Origin: Bacilli bacterium | Lineage (GTDB): Bacteria; Bacillota_I; Bacilli_A; RF39; UBA660 | Assembly: GCA_900771805.1 (NCBI GenBank) | Contig: CAAGPL010000045.1 | Span: forward strand, 70,856 to 134,855 | DNA: 64,000 nt | Reading direction: 5' to 3' | Position numbers and translations under genes: made by a program | Notes under the pieces: generated by a model | Database searches by the model: none | What the model saw: only the letters and a program-made list of their open reading frames with translations | Told to the model about the DNA's origin: nothing | Part shown: positions 1 to 10,605 of the stretch, piece by piece | Layout of the letters: every line of letters starts with the position of its first letter | How positions within the stretch are numbered: position 1 is the first letter of the stretch

Positions 1-1420
1 TTTTTCTTTTTACTTCATCTCTAGAATTACCTTCAATTGTATAAACCTCTTTTCCATCACTAGTTTCTACAATACCAACATGATCAACATGACCATCTTG
101 TTCCCAATCAAAAAATATTACATCACCAGATTTTGGTACATATCCCTTTTCTTTCCAAAGTCCTAAAGTTTTAAACCATGGTACTCCCTGTGTATGACAA
201 GTTGAAAATTTTGGTACTGCTATATTTAGTTCTCCTACTTGATTGTAAACCCAAGATACAAAAACAGCACACCACTCTATTCTTGAATTAAATCCGTACC
301 ATCTCCAATATGGTTCTCCGCCCTTATTTCCAACTTGCGATAATGCAACATCGACAACATTAGAATTACCAGTACTATTTCCGTATACAACGTTTGACCA
401 TAAACTTTCATATTTATCATCCAATAATTCATTTAATTGTTTTTTCTGTTCATTATTAAGTGCATACTCATTAATCATCTCTTCAACAGTTTTACTATTA
501 ATGTTTATATATAGTATTTTTTTAGTATTACCATTATCATCTAACTCGTCTGCAACATAATAAGACAACTCATTCATTTTCCAAAATATTTCTTTAAGTA
601 TTACCGTTTTTTCTTCCGTTATGGTCATTACATCACTACCATTTTTTCCGGAAGATACTACTACTGCATAAACGCTTAAAACGGCTTTCCATTCTGGTCT
701 CTTCAAATTCAAAACATAATCATCATGAACATTTTCATTTTGGATGTTATTTATTTTATCCGCTAATTCATTATTTAATTCAACAATAACACTACTCATG
801 GTTTTATTTCCAGTATTTTCACTACTGAAAAATATTCCATACACAGAATTAAATAAAAAGCCAATCAAGCATAAAACTACTATTATAACAACAACAATCC
901 ATCCACCTGCTACTATTGCTGAAATAAGAGCTTTCGCTCCTGATATTACAGCTTTTGCTATTTTTATTAATGCTTTAGCTAATGTCTTAACTGCTTTAAT
1001 AGTCTTTTTGGTTGTTGCAATAATTCTTCTTGGCATCTTAGCTGTTTCTTTGGCTAATCTTTTACCATTTTTTATAGTTTTTTTAGTTGTTGTTTTAGCC
1101 TGTTTTTTAACTCTCTTTAAATTTCTTTTTTTATTTTCCTTTTCTCTTAAAAGCTTAAGATTATTTTTTAATTTTATTGCATTATTCTTTGTATCTAAAA
1201 CGGCTTTTTCGCCATTGCTATATAAAATCTTACCGGTTTTATTATAAATATTTTTTGTAGTTTCTTCTATCTTATTGACTCCATAAGAATTTGTAGACTC
1301 ACCTCCGTTTCCTTCCTTGGTTTGAATAATATTATTTTTTAATTTTTCTTGCACTACTTCTTTTTTATTTAGGCTTTTTATGGTTTTATCCTTCTTATAC
1401 CTTTGTTTTATTGTGTGCAT
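1..1420 (-). CDS. Conjugation cell-wall hydrolase, N-terminal TM segment plus C-terminal CHAP/NlpC-P60-like domain (3' end off window)
   Basis: Absent from the ORF track because it is open to the window edge. My translation from ATG at 1420 is stop-free. It reaches YGFNSRIEWCAVFVSWVYNQ...GDVIFFDWEQDGHVDHVGIVE...TIEGNS (CHAP Cys and His motifs). It sits next to VirB4. Confidence 0.8.
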   Translation of the reverse strand, partial: MHTIKQRYKKDKTIKSLNKKEVVQEKLKNNIIQTKEGNGGESTNSYGVNKIEETTKNIYNKTGKILYSNGEKAVLDTKNNAIKLKNNLKLLREKENKKRNLKRVKKQAKTTTKKTIKNGKRLAKETAKMPRRIIATTKKTIKAVKTLAKALIKIAKAVISGAKALISAIVAGGWIVVVIIVVLCLIGFLFNSVYGIFFSSENTGNKTMSSVIVELNNELADKINNIQNENVHDDYVLNLKRPEWKAVLSVYAVVVSSGKNGSDVMTITEEKTVILKEIFWKMNELSYYVADELDDNGNTKKILYININSKTVEEMINEYALNNEQKKQLNELLDDKYESLWSNVVYGNSTGNSNVVDVALSQVGNKGGEPYWRWYGFNSRIEWCAVFVSWVYNQVGELNIAVPKFSTCHTQGVPWFKTLGLWKEKGYVPKSGDVIFFDWEQDGHVDHVGIVETSDGKEVYTIEGNSRDEVKRK

Positions 1421-1424
1421 AGTA

Positions 1425-3740
1425 TTATTCCCCTGGTTTTGTGGTCATTAATTTATATAACTTGGTTTCTTTAGGAAATTTATTTATGAATGGTACAAGA
1501 CTACTACCATATTTAATAAGTCCACAACCAGCATCAGAATTTGTAATATATGACATTTGTTCATCAGATATATTCAATAATTTTGCTAATTCCTTTCTAT
1601 CTGATGAGGCTTGATTAAGCATAACTATAAATTCACTGTTAGATAGCATCGTAGATGCATCAACTGATGATAACAAATATTCAACATTTTGAGTTATTGC
1701 AGTTGGATATGCATTTCTTTTTCTAAACTGTCTCCATGCAGAATTAAAAAATGTTGCTGAATATTCATTAGCAAACATAACATGTATTTCATCAATAAAT
1801 ATATGTGTTCTTTTACCTTTTTTAAAATTATCCGATACACGATTAATCATAGCATCAGTTATTACTAAAAGTCCCATAGTTTTTAATTGTTTACCAAGTT
1901 TATAAATATCATATGAAATTATTCTGCTACTTGTATTAACATTTGTTTCATGTGAAAAAACATTCAATGAACCATTTGTAAACAACTCTAAAGATAATGC
2001 TAAATTTTTTGCTTCTTTTTCAGGTTGTTGTAATAATTTTTCCCTCAGATCAATCAGTGTAGGCATTTTACCCGAATCATGATAATCTTCATATACCAAA
2101 GCCGTACATCTATCTATAATTGATTTTTCACGAGGACCTAAACCATTTTTATCCAACTGCTCAAACAATGATAAAATAAACTCAGATTTATCACTTACCG
2201 GATTAACACCATCCCCATATCCTTCTGTCATATCCATTGCGTTTATATGATCTTTACTACTAGCGGATATTTCTATTACTTCACCACCCATAGCATTAAC
2301 TAATGCGGAGTACTCTCCTTCCGGATCACATATTAATATATCATCGTTTGTTGATAGCGACAAAAAGGTTATAAGTTCCTTTGCACTAAATGATTTTCCA
2401 GATCCAGGTACTCCGAGTAAAAACGCAGATTGATTTAATAAGTTTTCTTTATTAACCATAATTAAATTATTGCTAATAGCATTTTCTCCATAGTAAATTC
2501 CTCCCTCATCCATTATTTCTTGAACTCTAAAAGGATTTAAAACTGCTAAACTTTCAGTCGTTAAAGTTCTTAAGGTTTCAATATTTCTAACACCTATTGG
2601 AAGAACTGTATTTAAACCATCCATTTGTTGATACTTTAAAGGAACTATTTGGCAAAGATGTTTTCTTGCTGTTAATAAAACTGTTTCTGTATCTGCATCT
2701 AATTGCTCTTTTGTATCTGAAGTTATAACCATTGTTAAATTAGCAAACATCATCCTTTGATCTCTAGTAGTCAAATCATCTAAAAACTCTTTACTCTCTT
2801 TTCTTTGTTGTTCTAAATCATAAGGAACAACTGCACTAAAATTATTATTCGCATTTTGTTTTCTTTGCCAGTTTGTTATATTAGTTTCCACTCCAAGCAA
2901 CCTATTTTCTACTTCCTTTACAGCTTCATCAGTTGGTATTGGTATTACATCTATGCTCATCATCATATTTTGGTTCATATCCGTAAGCTCTGATACCATA
3001 CTATCTTTAATGTAACTAGCATAATCTTTTAAAAATAAAACTCTTCCTACTTTGTTTCCCATTTCAAAATAATCACTTTTAAAACTAAATGAATCTGGAC
3101 ATATATAATCCTTAAAATTATGACCTCTTTTCATTTCGTTCTTTAAATCAAAATTAAAATTCGATTCTTCCCCAATTCTATAAAAATCATGCAATATTTT
3201 TAATCTATCATTCAAATTTAATTGACAACATTTTGAACCCAATTTAGATAAGTGGGAAATAATATCATTTGAAATTCTTCTAAAATATATTTTAGCATCC
3301 TCATAACTTTTTTTAAATATTGAAATAGTTAAATAAATTTCCCTAACCATACCATTTGCATTTACTGATTTATCAAGTAACATTTGATTATATTCTTGTC
3401 TATAAATATCTAATCCATCTTCTTTAAACTTAAGTAAGATGTCTTTCTTAAAATCTTGTTTATTAATTCTTCTTAACGCTATTGTTATTTTTGTAGTAGC
3501 ACCACTATCAAATGAGTTTAATAATTCTGAATAATCCAAAAACATTGTTTCTTTATCTTCCTTTGATGCTACCGCATAATTAATATCAGTAAATCTATAC
3601 ATTATTGAATATTTATTTTTACCAACTAAAAATATACCATCAGAATATATCTTTTTTATTGGTATTACTTCCTGAACACTTTTAGGTATAGTACTCTTCC
3701 CTTTCTCTTGATTTTTTATATTTTTAAGCGTTTTTATCAT
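1425..3740 (-). CDS. VirB4-family conjugative ATPase
   Basis: 771 aa; Walker A GVPGSGKS and Walker B-like HIFIDEIH; size and position are typical of Gram-positive T4SS VirB4 (Tn916 Orf16/TcpF class). Confidence 0.85.
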   Translation of the reverse strand: MIKTLKNIKNQEKGKSTIPKSVQEVIPIKKIYSDGIFLVGKNKYSIMYRFTDINYAVASKEDKETMFLDYSELLNSFDSGATTKITIALRRINKQDFKKDILLKFKEDGLDIYRQEYNQMLLDKSVNANGMVREIYLTISIFKKSYEDAKIYFRRISNDIISHLSKLGSKCCQLNLNDRLKILHDFYRIGEESNFNFDLKNEMKRGHNFKDYICPDSFSFKSDYFEMGNKVGRVLFLKDYASYIKDSMVSELTDMNQNMMMSIDVIPIPTDEAVKEVENRLLGVETNITNWQRKQNANNNFSAVVPYDLEQQRKESKEFLDDLTTRDQRMMFANLTMVITSDTKEQLDADTETVLLTARKHLCQIVPLKYQQMDGLNTVLPIGVRNIETLRTLTTESLAVLNPFRVQEIMDEGGIYYGENAISNNLIMVNKENLLNQSAFLLGVPGSGKSFSAKELITFLSLSTNDDILICDPEGEYSALVNAMGGEVIEISASSKDHINAMDMTEGYGDGVNPVSDKSEFILSLFEQLDKNGLGPREKSIIDRCTALVYEDYHDSGKMPTLIDLREKLLQQPEKEAKNLALSLELFTNGSLNVFSHETNVNTSSRIISYDIYKLGKQLKTMGLLVITDAMINRVSDNFKKGKRTHIFIDEIHVMFANEYSATFFNSAWRQFRKRNAYPTAITQNVEYLLSSVDASTMLSNSEFIVMLNQASSDRKELAKLLNISDEQMSYITNSDAGCGLIKYGSSLVPFINKFPKETKLYKLMTTKPGE

Positions 3741-4096
3741 TTTTTAAAATCCTCCTTTTTTCTTTTATTTAACCAGTCTTTCAAAGTTAAGTAATAAATA
3801 TCTTCGGATGAAAATTTTAAGTTTCTTGGTATTAATAATTCGGATTTAATTAAAGCAAAGATAAACTTTTCAATAGTCATTCCGTTATATGTTACAAAAC
3901 CTAAAACTACAAACGGTATAGCTCCTAACATACATATCCATGATAGAACTTCAGTATTTACCTTATTTCTTAACAAAAAATATAATAAAACTGCTGATAA
4001 ACACGATAATAAAGAAAAAATGAATTGTCTTACTGACAATCCAAAAAATATATTTTCTTTATAGTTTCGTATTTCTCTGTTTATTTTCACTTCCAC
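3737..4096 (-). CDS. PrgI/TcpE-family small T4SS membrane protein
   Basis: 119 aa; N-terminus NIFFGLSVRQF followed by two TM helices; overlaps the VirB4 start, as in Tn916 Orf17-Orf16. Confidence 0.65.
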   Translation of the reverse strand: MEVKINREIRNYKENIFFGLSVRQFIFSLLSCLSAVLLYFLLRNKVNTEVLSWICMLGAIPFVVLGFVTYNGMTIEKFIFALIKSELLIPRNLKFSSEDIYYLTLKDWLNKRKKEDFKK

Positions 4097-4098
4097 TT

Positions 4099-4611
4099 CT
4101 ATCTCTCCCTTTCAGAACCCCTAAACATTGAATCTTCTATATCTTCAAGTTTATTAGAATCTCTTACCACCATAGTTTGTAATCTAGTATCGCTTTTCGC
4201 CTCATCATAAGCCTCTATAATATCTGAACTTAAAAAATGAAAGTTTTTCTTTTCATAGTTTTTCTTATCATTAATAAAACTATCTATATATTCTATCGCT
4301 ATTTGTTCATTAATTCTTAAATCTTTTGGATTAAGACCAATATCCATACACAATAAAGCTTGATTAAAATATTTTTCATCTTCTTTTTTTAATGCATTTA
4401 ACTGGTTATACATAATAGTTAAAAATTGTCGTGATGTTATATCACTCATATATTTTTCCGTAACCTGATCTAATATCTTTTCGTAATGAACCGCAGGAAC
4501 TTTAGTGGGTTCTTGCGTATCAGGATTTATATACCTATAAGTCATATCACTTATACTCTTACTCATATCTTTTAATTTTAATTGTGTAAAATCATCATAT
4601 TGTTTTCTCAT
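4099..4611 (-). CDS. Hypothetical ICE protein, cytoplasmic, acidic
   Basis: 170-aa ORF tightly packed in the T4SS operon; no motif recognised. Confidence 0.6.
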   Translation of the reverse strand: MRKQYDDFTQLKLKDMSKSISDMTYRYINPDTQEPTKVPAVHYEKILDQVTEKYMSDITSRQFLTIMYNQLNALKKEDEKYFNQALLCMDIGLNPKDLRINEQIAIEYIDSFINDKKNYEKKNFHFLSSDIIEAYDEAKSDTRLQTMVVRDSNKLEDIEDSMFRGSERER

Positions 4612-4637
4612 ATTTTCATCTCTCCTTTTTTCTTATT

Positions 4638-5474
4638 TTATAATCCCATCATTTCTTTAACTACTCTATCAGATAGTTTAACAGTTCCAACCAACACAAG
4701 CATATTAAAAATTAATTCACTTATGTACTTCCATGATTGTGCCACAACTGATGCATTAGAATCTACAACCGGAGCGGATGATGCAAACAATGAAAATATA
4801 ATGCAAGAGAGAACTATTATGACGCCCTCTAAACATACTGCACTATATGATTTCAAAAAGTTTCTTCCTACGCTTTGAGTTGGTTCTCCTGCAAATGCCG
4901 ACAATGGAATTGGTGCTATTGCTGTGTATAAATAAAGTTTAAAAAACCTTCCATAAACAGTCATTATCATTATGAATGATAACACCGTAACAACTAAGCT
5001 TCCTATTAAGCCAACTATCCATAATGGAATTGAATCTAAAAAACTGCAACTTTCAATTGCAGTTATAAGTTCACTTGGTAATGTCGTTTTCGTATCAATA
5101 CCAATACTTGCAGTTTTTATTATTGTTGTTATTATTCCTTGAACAATTTTTATAATTGATAGCATAAGATCTAAACCATATGTCACAACTCCCTTAGCAA
5201 TAGCAAATCTTAAAAATAATTTCAGGGCATGTTCTGGTTTCTTTACCTCAGTTAAAGATGCACAAGTTTTCATTACACCAATAACAAAAAACAAAACTAA
5301 AAGGGCTAGCCCAATTGCTTGCATAGCCCCATGAATATCTTTTATTACATCCCAAATAACTCCATTTTTAAAAGTTTCTGGTGTTTGTGTGATTAAATTC
5401 CAAATTTCATTAAGTTTAGAATCCCATATATCTAATGCATTTTGTAATGCTTGTACAACCCAGTTATCACTCAT
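4638..5474 (-). CDS. Polytopic T4SS membrane protein (VirB6/TrbL-like)
   Basis: 278 aa with several hydrophobic helices; lies between the pilin-like gene and VirB4. Confidence 0.6.
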   Translation of the reverse strand: MSDNWVVQALQNALDIWDSKLNEIWNLITQTPETFKNGVIWDVIKDIHGAMQAIGLALLVLFFVIGVMKTCASLTEVKKPEHALKLFLRFAIAKGVVTYGLDLMLSIIKIVQGIITTIIKTASIGIDTKTTLPSELITAIESCSFLDSIPLWIVGLIGSLVVTVLSFIMIMTVYGRFFKLYLYTAIAPIPLSAFAGEPTQSVGRNFLKSYSAVCLEGVIIVLSCIIFSLFASSAPVVDSNASVVAQSWKYISELIFNMLVLVGTVKLSDRVVKEMMGL

Positions 5475-5492
5475 TATCTCACCTCCAAAACT

Positions 5493-5813
5493 TTATTTAG
5501 TTATCATATCTAGTATTTCTTTAGTAAATGTAATTACTATACCACCTGCAACGGTTAAAAATCCATTTGCTCTTTGGCTAGGATCATGTGCTTTTAAGGA
5601 TAAACCTATTTGCAATATACCGAAACCTAACAAAATTAATCCTATCGCCCTTATCAAACTAAAAATAAACGACGATAGATTATTTACTACTGCTAGTGGA
5701 TCATTGGTTGCAAAAACCGTCATACTAAATCCAAAGCTAACCAAAAATACCAAGGATGCAATTGTATAAATTTTATATATTTTTTTTATAATTTTTTCAT
5801 TTTTATTTTTCAT
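5493..5813 (-). CDS. Small secreted two-TM protein (VirB2/Maff2-like)
   Basis: 106 aa; signal-like N-terminus ending VFATNDP, then two TM helices separated by a short polar loop (KAHDPSQRANG). Confidence 0.5.
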   Translation of the reverse strand: MKNKNEKIIKKIYKIYTIASLVFLVSFGFSMTVFATNDPLAVVNNLSSFIFSLIRAIGLILLGFGILQIGLSLKAHDPSQRANGFLTVAGGIVITFTKEILDMITK

Positions 5814-7611
5814 TTCTTTCCCTCCGAATTAAATAGTCATTTATATTTTCAGAAGATACAATATCATATTCATCTTCATTTTCTTTATCTTCATAAATAT
5901 CTTCATTACCATTAATTTTATAATAATCAATATTTATTGTTGCAACTGCTTTAGTAACTTTCCCATGAATGTATGGGCAAGCACCACCTATTAAGGATTG
6001 TTTTACGTTTGGATGTTTTAAAACATCATACTTGTAATCCTTAATAGGCCTTTCACCCCTTATAAAAAGTAAAGCATACTTGTTATCCAATCTTGCTATT
6101 TCATCTGCTGTCATTAGTTCTCTTCCAGCAATCTGATAATTAGTCGAATAATTACCACTTCTTCCGCTAGACTTTCCATAAGTATTAGTATCAATTGTTT
6201 CTTTTCCTAAAAGTTCGCTTGCATATTTATGAACAGATTGTTCATTTCCACCAAGGTATAAAAATTCATCACAATTTCCTATAATACTTTCCCACTGCTT
6301 TTCAAATAAGGCTTTTAGTTGTGCTAGGTTTTGCAATATTATAGATACAAATACCTGCCTAGATCTCATTACAGACAAAATCTTTTCAAAATCATTAGGT
6401 AAACTAATATTAGCAAACTCGTCCATCAAGAAATGAACAGGTATTGGTAAACCGCCATCATATTTATAGTCTGCTAAATAAAACAATCTCTGAAACAGTT
6501 GGGTATATAATATACTTACCAAAAAATTAAAAGAAGAATCATTATCTGGTATTATTGCAAACAAAGCAACTTTTTTATCTCCAAAATCATCTAAATCCAG
6601 TTCATCTGTTGAAGTTAAAGATGCAACAGTGCTTAAATTAAATTTTTCCAATTTAGAAATTAAAGTTATTTGTATAGATTTTAATGTTTTACCCGAACCA
6701 CTATGATAATTTTTATAATATTTAACTGCTATGTGATCTGGATCTTTTTCTTCTAATCGTTGGAATAACATATCAAGAGGACTTACATACATATCATCGT
6801 CCTCTTTTACATCACCATATCGTAGCATTTCCATAACCATTGAAAAATTCTGTTCTTCTTCTGGGGCTTCATACTTAAGATAAAATATAAGTGCTGATAA
6901 TAACATAGAAGCAGCCGTATCCCAAAATGGATCAGAAGTAGTTCCTGTCTTAGGCGTTGTTGATTTAAATATATTTGTTACTAGTTTTTGAACATCATTA
7001 TCACTATTTACGTACTTAATAGGATTATAACAATGACTTTTGTCCATATTTATTAAGTCTAAAACTCTAACCTTGTAACCTTTTTGCTTTAAAAAACCTC
7101 CAACTGATCTTACAATTTCTCCTTTAGGATCTAAAACTACATATGAAGTATTTGCTTGAAGTATGTTAGGTATGCAGTAAAATCTAGTTTTACCTGCACC
7201 AGAACCTCCAATTACTACGGTATTTAAATTTCTTCTATGTATTTTCCCATTTAATCCAATAGCCACTCTTCTTGTTAAAATTTTATTATTGTTATATGGT
7301 TTTTGAAAATATTTATTTTTAACGTTGGATATTAAACCCCATTTTGCTGAGCCGTATTCTTCTGTTTTTCTATAATTTTTTCTTGTAAAAGTATATACTC
7401 CAATTATGAATACATATATTATTAAAAATAAAAATATCGTTTTTGGAGTAGTACTAGTCCATGTTATTTCAAATGGATTACTTATAATTATTGGAAATAC
7501 TCTCATTAGTTCCACTAGACCTTTATCAATGTATGGTGCTAGCCCAATTGCTAACCAAATACAAGGTATCATTCCAAAAAGATACAAAAACAAATCTTTA
7601 TTATCTTTCAT
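5803..7611 (-). CDS. Type IV coupling protein (VirD4/TraG family)
   Basis: 602 aa; two N-terminal TM helices; Walker A GGSGAGKT; Walker B FLMDEF. Confidence 0.85.
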   Translation of the reverse strand: MKDNKDLFLYLFGMIPCIWLAIGLAPYIDKGLVELMRVFPIIISNPFEITWTSTTPKTIFLFLIIYVFIIGVYTFTRKNYRKTEEYGSAKWGLISNVKNKYFQKPYNNNKILTRRVAIGLNGKIHRRNLNTVVIGGSGAGKTRFYCIPNILQANTSYVVLDPKGEIVRSVGGFLKQKGYKVRVLDLINMDKSHCYNPIKYVNSDNDVQKLVTNIFKSTTPKTGTTSDPFWDTAASMLLSALIFYLKYEAPEEEQNFSMVMEMLRYGDVKEDDDMYVSPLDMLFQRLEEKDPDHIAVKYYKNYHSGSGKTLKSIQITLISKLEKFNLSTVASLTSTDELDLDDFGDKKVALFAIIPDNDSSFNFLVSILYTQLFQRLFYLADYKYDGGLPIPVHFLMDEFANISLPNDFEKILSVMRSRQVFVSIILQNLAQLKALFEKQWESIIGNCDEFLYLGGNEQSVHKYASELLGKETIDTNTYGKSSGRSGNYSTNYQIAGRELMTADEIARLDNKYALLFIRGERPIKDYKYDVLKHPNVKQSLIGGACPYIHGKVTKAVATINIDYYKINGNEDIYEDKENEDEYDIVSSENINDYLIRRERNEK

Positions 7612-7613
7612 AA

Positions 7614-8288
7614 TTATTTTTCTTTTACTTTCTTTATTCTTTTAGATTTAAAATCATTTGATTTAGATGATCCTCTTTTATCAATGGTTTTCTTCAACTC
7701 TTTTAAATCTTTTCTAACAGAAGGCTTTTCATCCTTCTTATAGCCCTCCCTTGAACAATCTGAGGAAATATCGGACTGAGGGCTTTTCTCCGTTTCCTTC
7801 TTGGGGTTTAATGGTTCATTTTTCTCTTTTGTTAGTTCTTCCTTTTCTTTTGATTTTTCAGACTTAATTGTTGCTGATTCGAAAAATCTTTCAAATATAC
7901 GATTGATTTTAGCAGCGTCTTCAGCTCTTACGATTATATCAACCATACCATCTTTTTTAGATTGTTTCTTATCAAACAAAACATTATATAAAACTCCATA
8001 TTTTTTTGCTTCTTTAACAAATGTTTTTAAGTCCTTTTCTGACAATGTAAACACCTTTAATTCTTTCCCTGATTTAATCATATTATTTAAAGTTGTTTTA
8101 CCTCTTGATTTTGTTTTATCTTTTGATATTGCAATTAATATTGCCCCAATATTTTTAGCTGCCGATCCAGTAACTTTAAGAGCCATTTCAGTTCCTTGTA
8201 ATGTCATTTTTACCATAGTTTCAGCAGCATCACTTGATGAGTTCATCTTTTTGCACCTCCTTACTATTTTCTTTCTCAAAGTCATCAA
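7614..8288 (-). CDS. PcfB-like (DUF3801) conjugation protein; real start probably an internal Met
   Basis: Lies between relaxase and coupling protein. N-terminal domain TLQGTEMALKVTGSAAKNIGAIL...YGVLY...DIIVRAEDAAKINRIFERF, then a Lys/Glu-rich tail. Confidence 0.6.
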   Translation of the reverse strand: MMTLRKKIVRRCKKMNSSSDAAETMVKMTLQGTEMALKVTGSAAKNIGAILIAISKDKTKSRGKTTLNNMIKSGKELKVFTLSEKDLKTFVKEAKKYGVLYNVLFDKKQSKKDGMVDIIVRAEDAAKINRIFERFFESATIKSEKSKEKEELTKEKNEPLNPKKETEKSPQSDISSDCSREGYKKDEKPSVRKDLKELKKTIDKRGSSKSNDFKSKRIKKVKEK

Positions 8289-9591
8289 TATTTTTCTTAA
8301 TTTTGCTTAAAGAATTATCTATTTCTTCACACATTTTCACCTTCTTTCTAATTTTCTTTATTTCTTCATATGTTGATTTAATTTCATTTTGAAGTTCATC
8401 TTTTTCAGTAAGATTTAAAGTTTTATTATACTTGATACATAATTTACTTCTTTTATCCACAAGCAAATTTAATTTCTCATCCACTTTCTTGAAATATGAA
8501 AAAAATTGCTCATAAGTTGTAATTTTATTACTTACAAGCAATTTCGTTTGATTAGATATACTTTCCATTTTTTTAATATCAGCTCTAATGTTTGCAGATA
8601 ATCTCTGACGGGGATATTGTTTTGGAAAAACCTTAAGCAAATAACAATAATACAGATATAATCCATATATTCCGTGATTTTTGTTTCTTTTCTTTGGCAA
8701 AAGATTTCTATTATTTTTCTTAATCCCATACTCCTCCATAAAAGGAATTCTTGTATGTTGCGTTTCTTCAATTCTTTCTTTAATTCTATTAATACTATAA
8801 TCTTTTCCAAAATTTCTTTCTAACCTGATATTTTTATTATATGGGGTTCTCCTTATACTCAAAATATTATTACCTCTATAAATAATCTTATAGTCCATCG
8901 CTTTCATTAGATTTTCAAAGTCTTTATATGAATAAGCTTGTCCGATTGCTCTATCTACATCAGCCTTTGCGGTAGTATAATAATTATCATTAGAAGTGTA
9001 TTTTAAATAATAGTTCTCATAATTTATCTTACTTCTTTTACAAGGTTTTTCTTTAAGAATTGATAATCCATACTCTTCACATAATTCATCTGATAATCGT
9101 CTTAATTTTGCATAATTAATTCTATTATCATAATACTTCTTACCATCTTTAAAAGATACTGAGTTTATTACAAAGTGATTATGTATATGATTGGTATTAA
9201 CGTGCGTAGATACCATAACTTCAAATCTATCACCCCACATTTCTTCAGCAAGTCTAACACCTATCTCATGTGATAATTCTGGTGTAACTTCATTTTCCTT
9301 AAATGATTGAAATGAATGAAAACCTAAAATTCCTTTTGTTTTATTATAACTTTTTTTAGTTAACATCATATCTTCATAAGCATTTTCTTCACAACAATTA
9401 ATTCCAGAAACATAATATTTTTTTTCATTCTTAATATCTATATTTGAATATTCATCAATAGAATGAAGTTCATTATACACATCCTTTATATAATCTTCAT
9501 TAATTGTTTTTTCGGGGTCTGTTATATAATCTATTACATGATCTAATCTTTTATCTATTTTCCATATACCAGTAGTTGCAATCATTATCAC
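8230..9591 (-). CDS. Relaxase/mobilisation nuclease
   Basis: 453 aa; histidine-triad motif STHVNTNHIHNHFVIN near the N-terminus; MobC gene upstream. Confidence 0.8.
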   Translation of the reverse strand: MIMIATTGIWKIDKRLDHVIDYITDPEKTINEDYIKDVYNELHSIDEYSNIDIKNEKKYYVSGINCCEENAYEDMMLTKKSYNKTKGILGFHSFQSFKENEVTPELSHEIGVRLAEEMWGDRFEVMVSTHVNTNHIHNHFVINSVSFKDGKKYYDNRINYAKLRRLSDELCEEYGLSILKEKPCKRSKINYENYYLKYTSNDNYYTTAKADVDRAIGQAYSYKDFENLMKAMDYKIIYRGNNILSIRRTPYNKNIRLERNFGKDYSINRIKERIEETQHTRIPFMEEYGIKKNNRNLLPKKRNKNHGIYGLYLYYCYLLKVFPKQYPRQRLSANIRADIKKMESISNQTKLLVSNKITTYEQFFSYFKKVDEKLNLLVDKRSKLCIKYNKTLNLTEKDELQNEIKSTYEEIKKIRKKVKMCEEIDNSLSKIKKNIDDFEKENSKEVQKDELIK

Positions 9592-9633
9592 CTCTTTTCA
9601 AAGAAAAAAAGAACTCATCAATCTGATAAGTTC

Positions 9634-10053
9634 TTATAAGAATTTATATTGCATATATTTGCATTTTATATATATATTATTGTATTTGCTATAATCTTTT
9701 TCATTGCCTTTAAAACCACTTACATTAGAAAAATAATAATTTCCATTTTTGTATTCTAGAGTAACACCATTCATCTTTTCATTTTTATGTTTCATAGAGG
9801 GCAAATGACAAATCAATATATCTCCAAAAAATAATTGTAGATTTTTTCCATTACTTCCTTCTATATACATAACAGCTCGTGACTCTTCTTCATCATTAGC
9901 GTAACTCTTTCCTGTTATATAATGCAAACTCTGAATATATGCATCTCTAAAATCAAAATTATTAATAATGTTTTCAACACCTAACTTATGATTTATATCA
10001 TCCCATCCCATTTGTAAAATCTCCTTTTTAGATTCCCCATATATTCTTAACAA
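9634..10053 (-). CDS. Hypothetical 139-aa protein inserted between mobC and relaxase
   Basis: ORF with no recognised motif; same strand as its neighbours. Confidence 0.55.
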   Translation of the reverse strand: MLRIYGESKKEILQMGWDDINHKLGVENIINNFDFRDAYIQSLHYITGKSYANDEEESRAVMYIEGSNGKNLQLFFGDILICHLPSMKHKNEKMNGVTLEYKNGNYYFSNVSGFKGNEKDYSKYNNIYIKCKYMQYKFL

Positions 10054-10072
10054 TATAAGTATAACATTTTTT

Positions 10073-10435
10073 CTATCTATTATCTACGGGTAATAATATT
10101 TTCTTTCTAACCTCAATAATAAAATTATTTAGTTTTTTTACCTCATTTTTGTACGTATTGACATCAACAAAATTTAATGAATTAGCTCTCCTAGCTATTT
10201 GATTCAAATTATTTCCTATTGCTCGTAATTCCTTCATCATATCATAAAACCTATCATCGGGTTTTTCTTTTGGCTCATATCCAATTATAAGGTTTCTTAT
10301 TAATTCCGATTCGTTAATTCCAGCCTTTTTTGACTTCTTTTTTAAATATGTTGCCTCTTCTCTATTAAGCCATACTTGTTTTTTTATTTGTCTATTCCTC
10401 ATCGCTGGAATCCTCACTTGATTTATATTCTTCAT
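10073..10435 (-). CDS. mobC: MobC-family relaxosome accessory protein
   Basis: 120 aa; characteristic LRAIGNNLNQIARRAN motif. Confidence 0.8.
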   Translation of the reverse strand: MKNINQVRIPAMRNRQIKKQVWLNREEATYLKKKSKKAGINESELIRNLIIGYEPKEKPDDRFYDMMKELRAIGNNLNQIARRANSLNFVDVNTYKNEVKKLNNFIIEVRKKILLPVDNR

Positions 10436-10532
10436 ATTTATTTAATCTATTTATTTGTATACAACACATAAACATTGTTGCTATTATTCCTCCTATTAAA
10501 GTTCCAATCATAAAAAATAATAATTCTCTCAT
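10392..10532 (-). CDS. Possible 46-aa single-TM peptide (not in ORF track)
   Basis: My translation: MRELLFFMIGTLIGGIIATMFMCCIQINRLNKYEEYKSSEDSSDEE. A GAAAGGAAG Shine-Dalgarno lies 6 nt upstream. The 3' end overlaps the mobC start out of frame. Confidence 0.35.
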   Translation of the reverse strand: MRELLFFMIGTLIGGIIATMFMCCIQINRLNKYEEYKSSEDSSDEE

Positions 10533-10565
10533 TTTAATCTTCCTTTCTAATTTTATTTTTTTAAT

Positions 10566-10605
10566 AGTGGGGATTGGGGTTTCCCCATAAGAATATTTAT
10601 GGGAG
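10566..10605. promoter_or_regulatory. GC-rich overlapping hairpins, candidate oriT
   Basis: TGGGGA(10568-73)/TCCCCA(10582-87) and CCCATAA(10584-90)/TTATGGG(10597-603) share the CCCC run. They lie in the only sizeable non-coding gap of the relaxosome region. Confidence 0.35.

Noticed and set aside
744-1247. Plus-strand 167-aa ORF, together with similar antisense ORFs: 4582-4878, 5389-5769, 7406-7645, 7801-8310, 14748-15062, 17054-17245, 21282-21491, 29594-29932, 30715-30942, 33254-33659, 35883-36077, 36753-36950, 37611-37946, 38208-38621, 39786-39974, 43313-43519, 47046-47303, 49805-49990, 51199-51405, 51724-51987, 55067-55255, 57878-58105, 58256-58537.
   Set aside because: Each lies antisense to a long, motif-supported gene and translates to low-complexity Phe/Leu/Ile/Ser strings, which is typical of the reverse frame of AT-rich coding DNA. 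None has an SD or a recognisable motif.
8532-8810. Same-strand nested ORFs inside the relaxase (8532-8810) and inside the Thr/Lys-rich protein (15690-15905).
   Set aside because: They are out-of-frame ORFs within better-supported genes; nothing independently suggests they are expressed.
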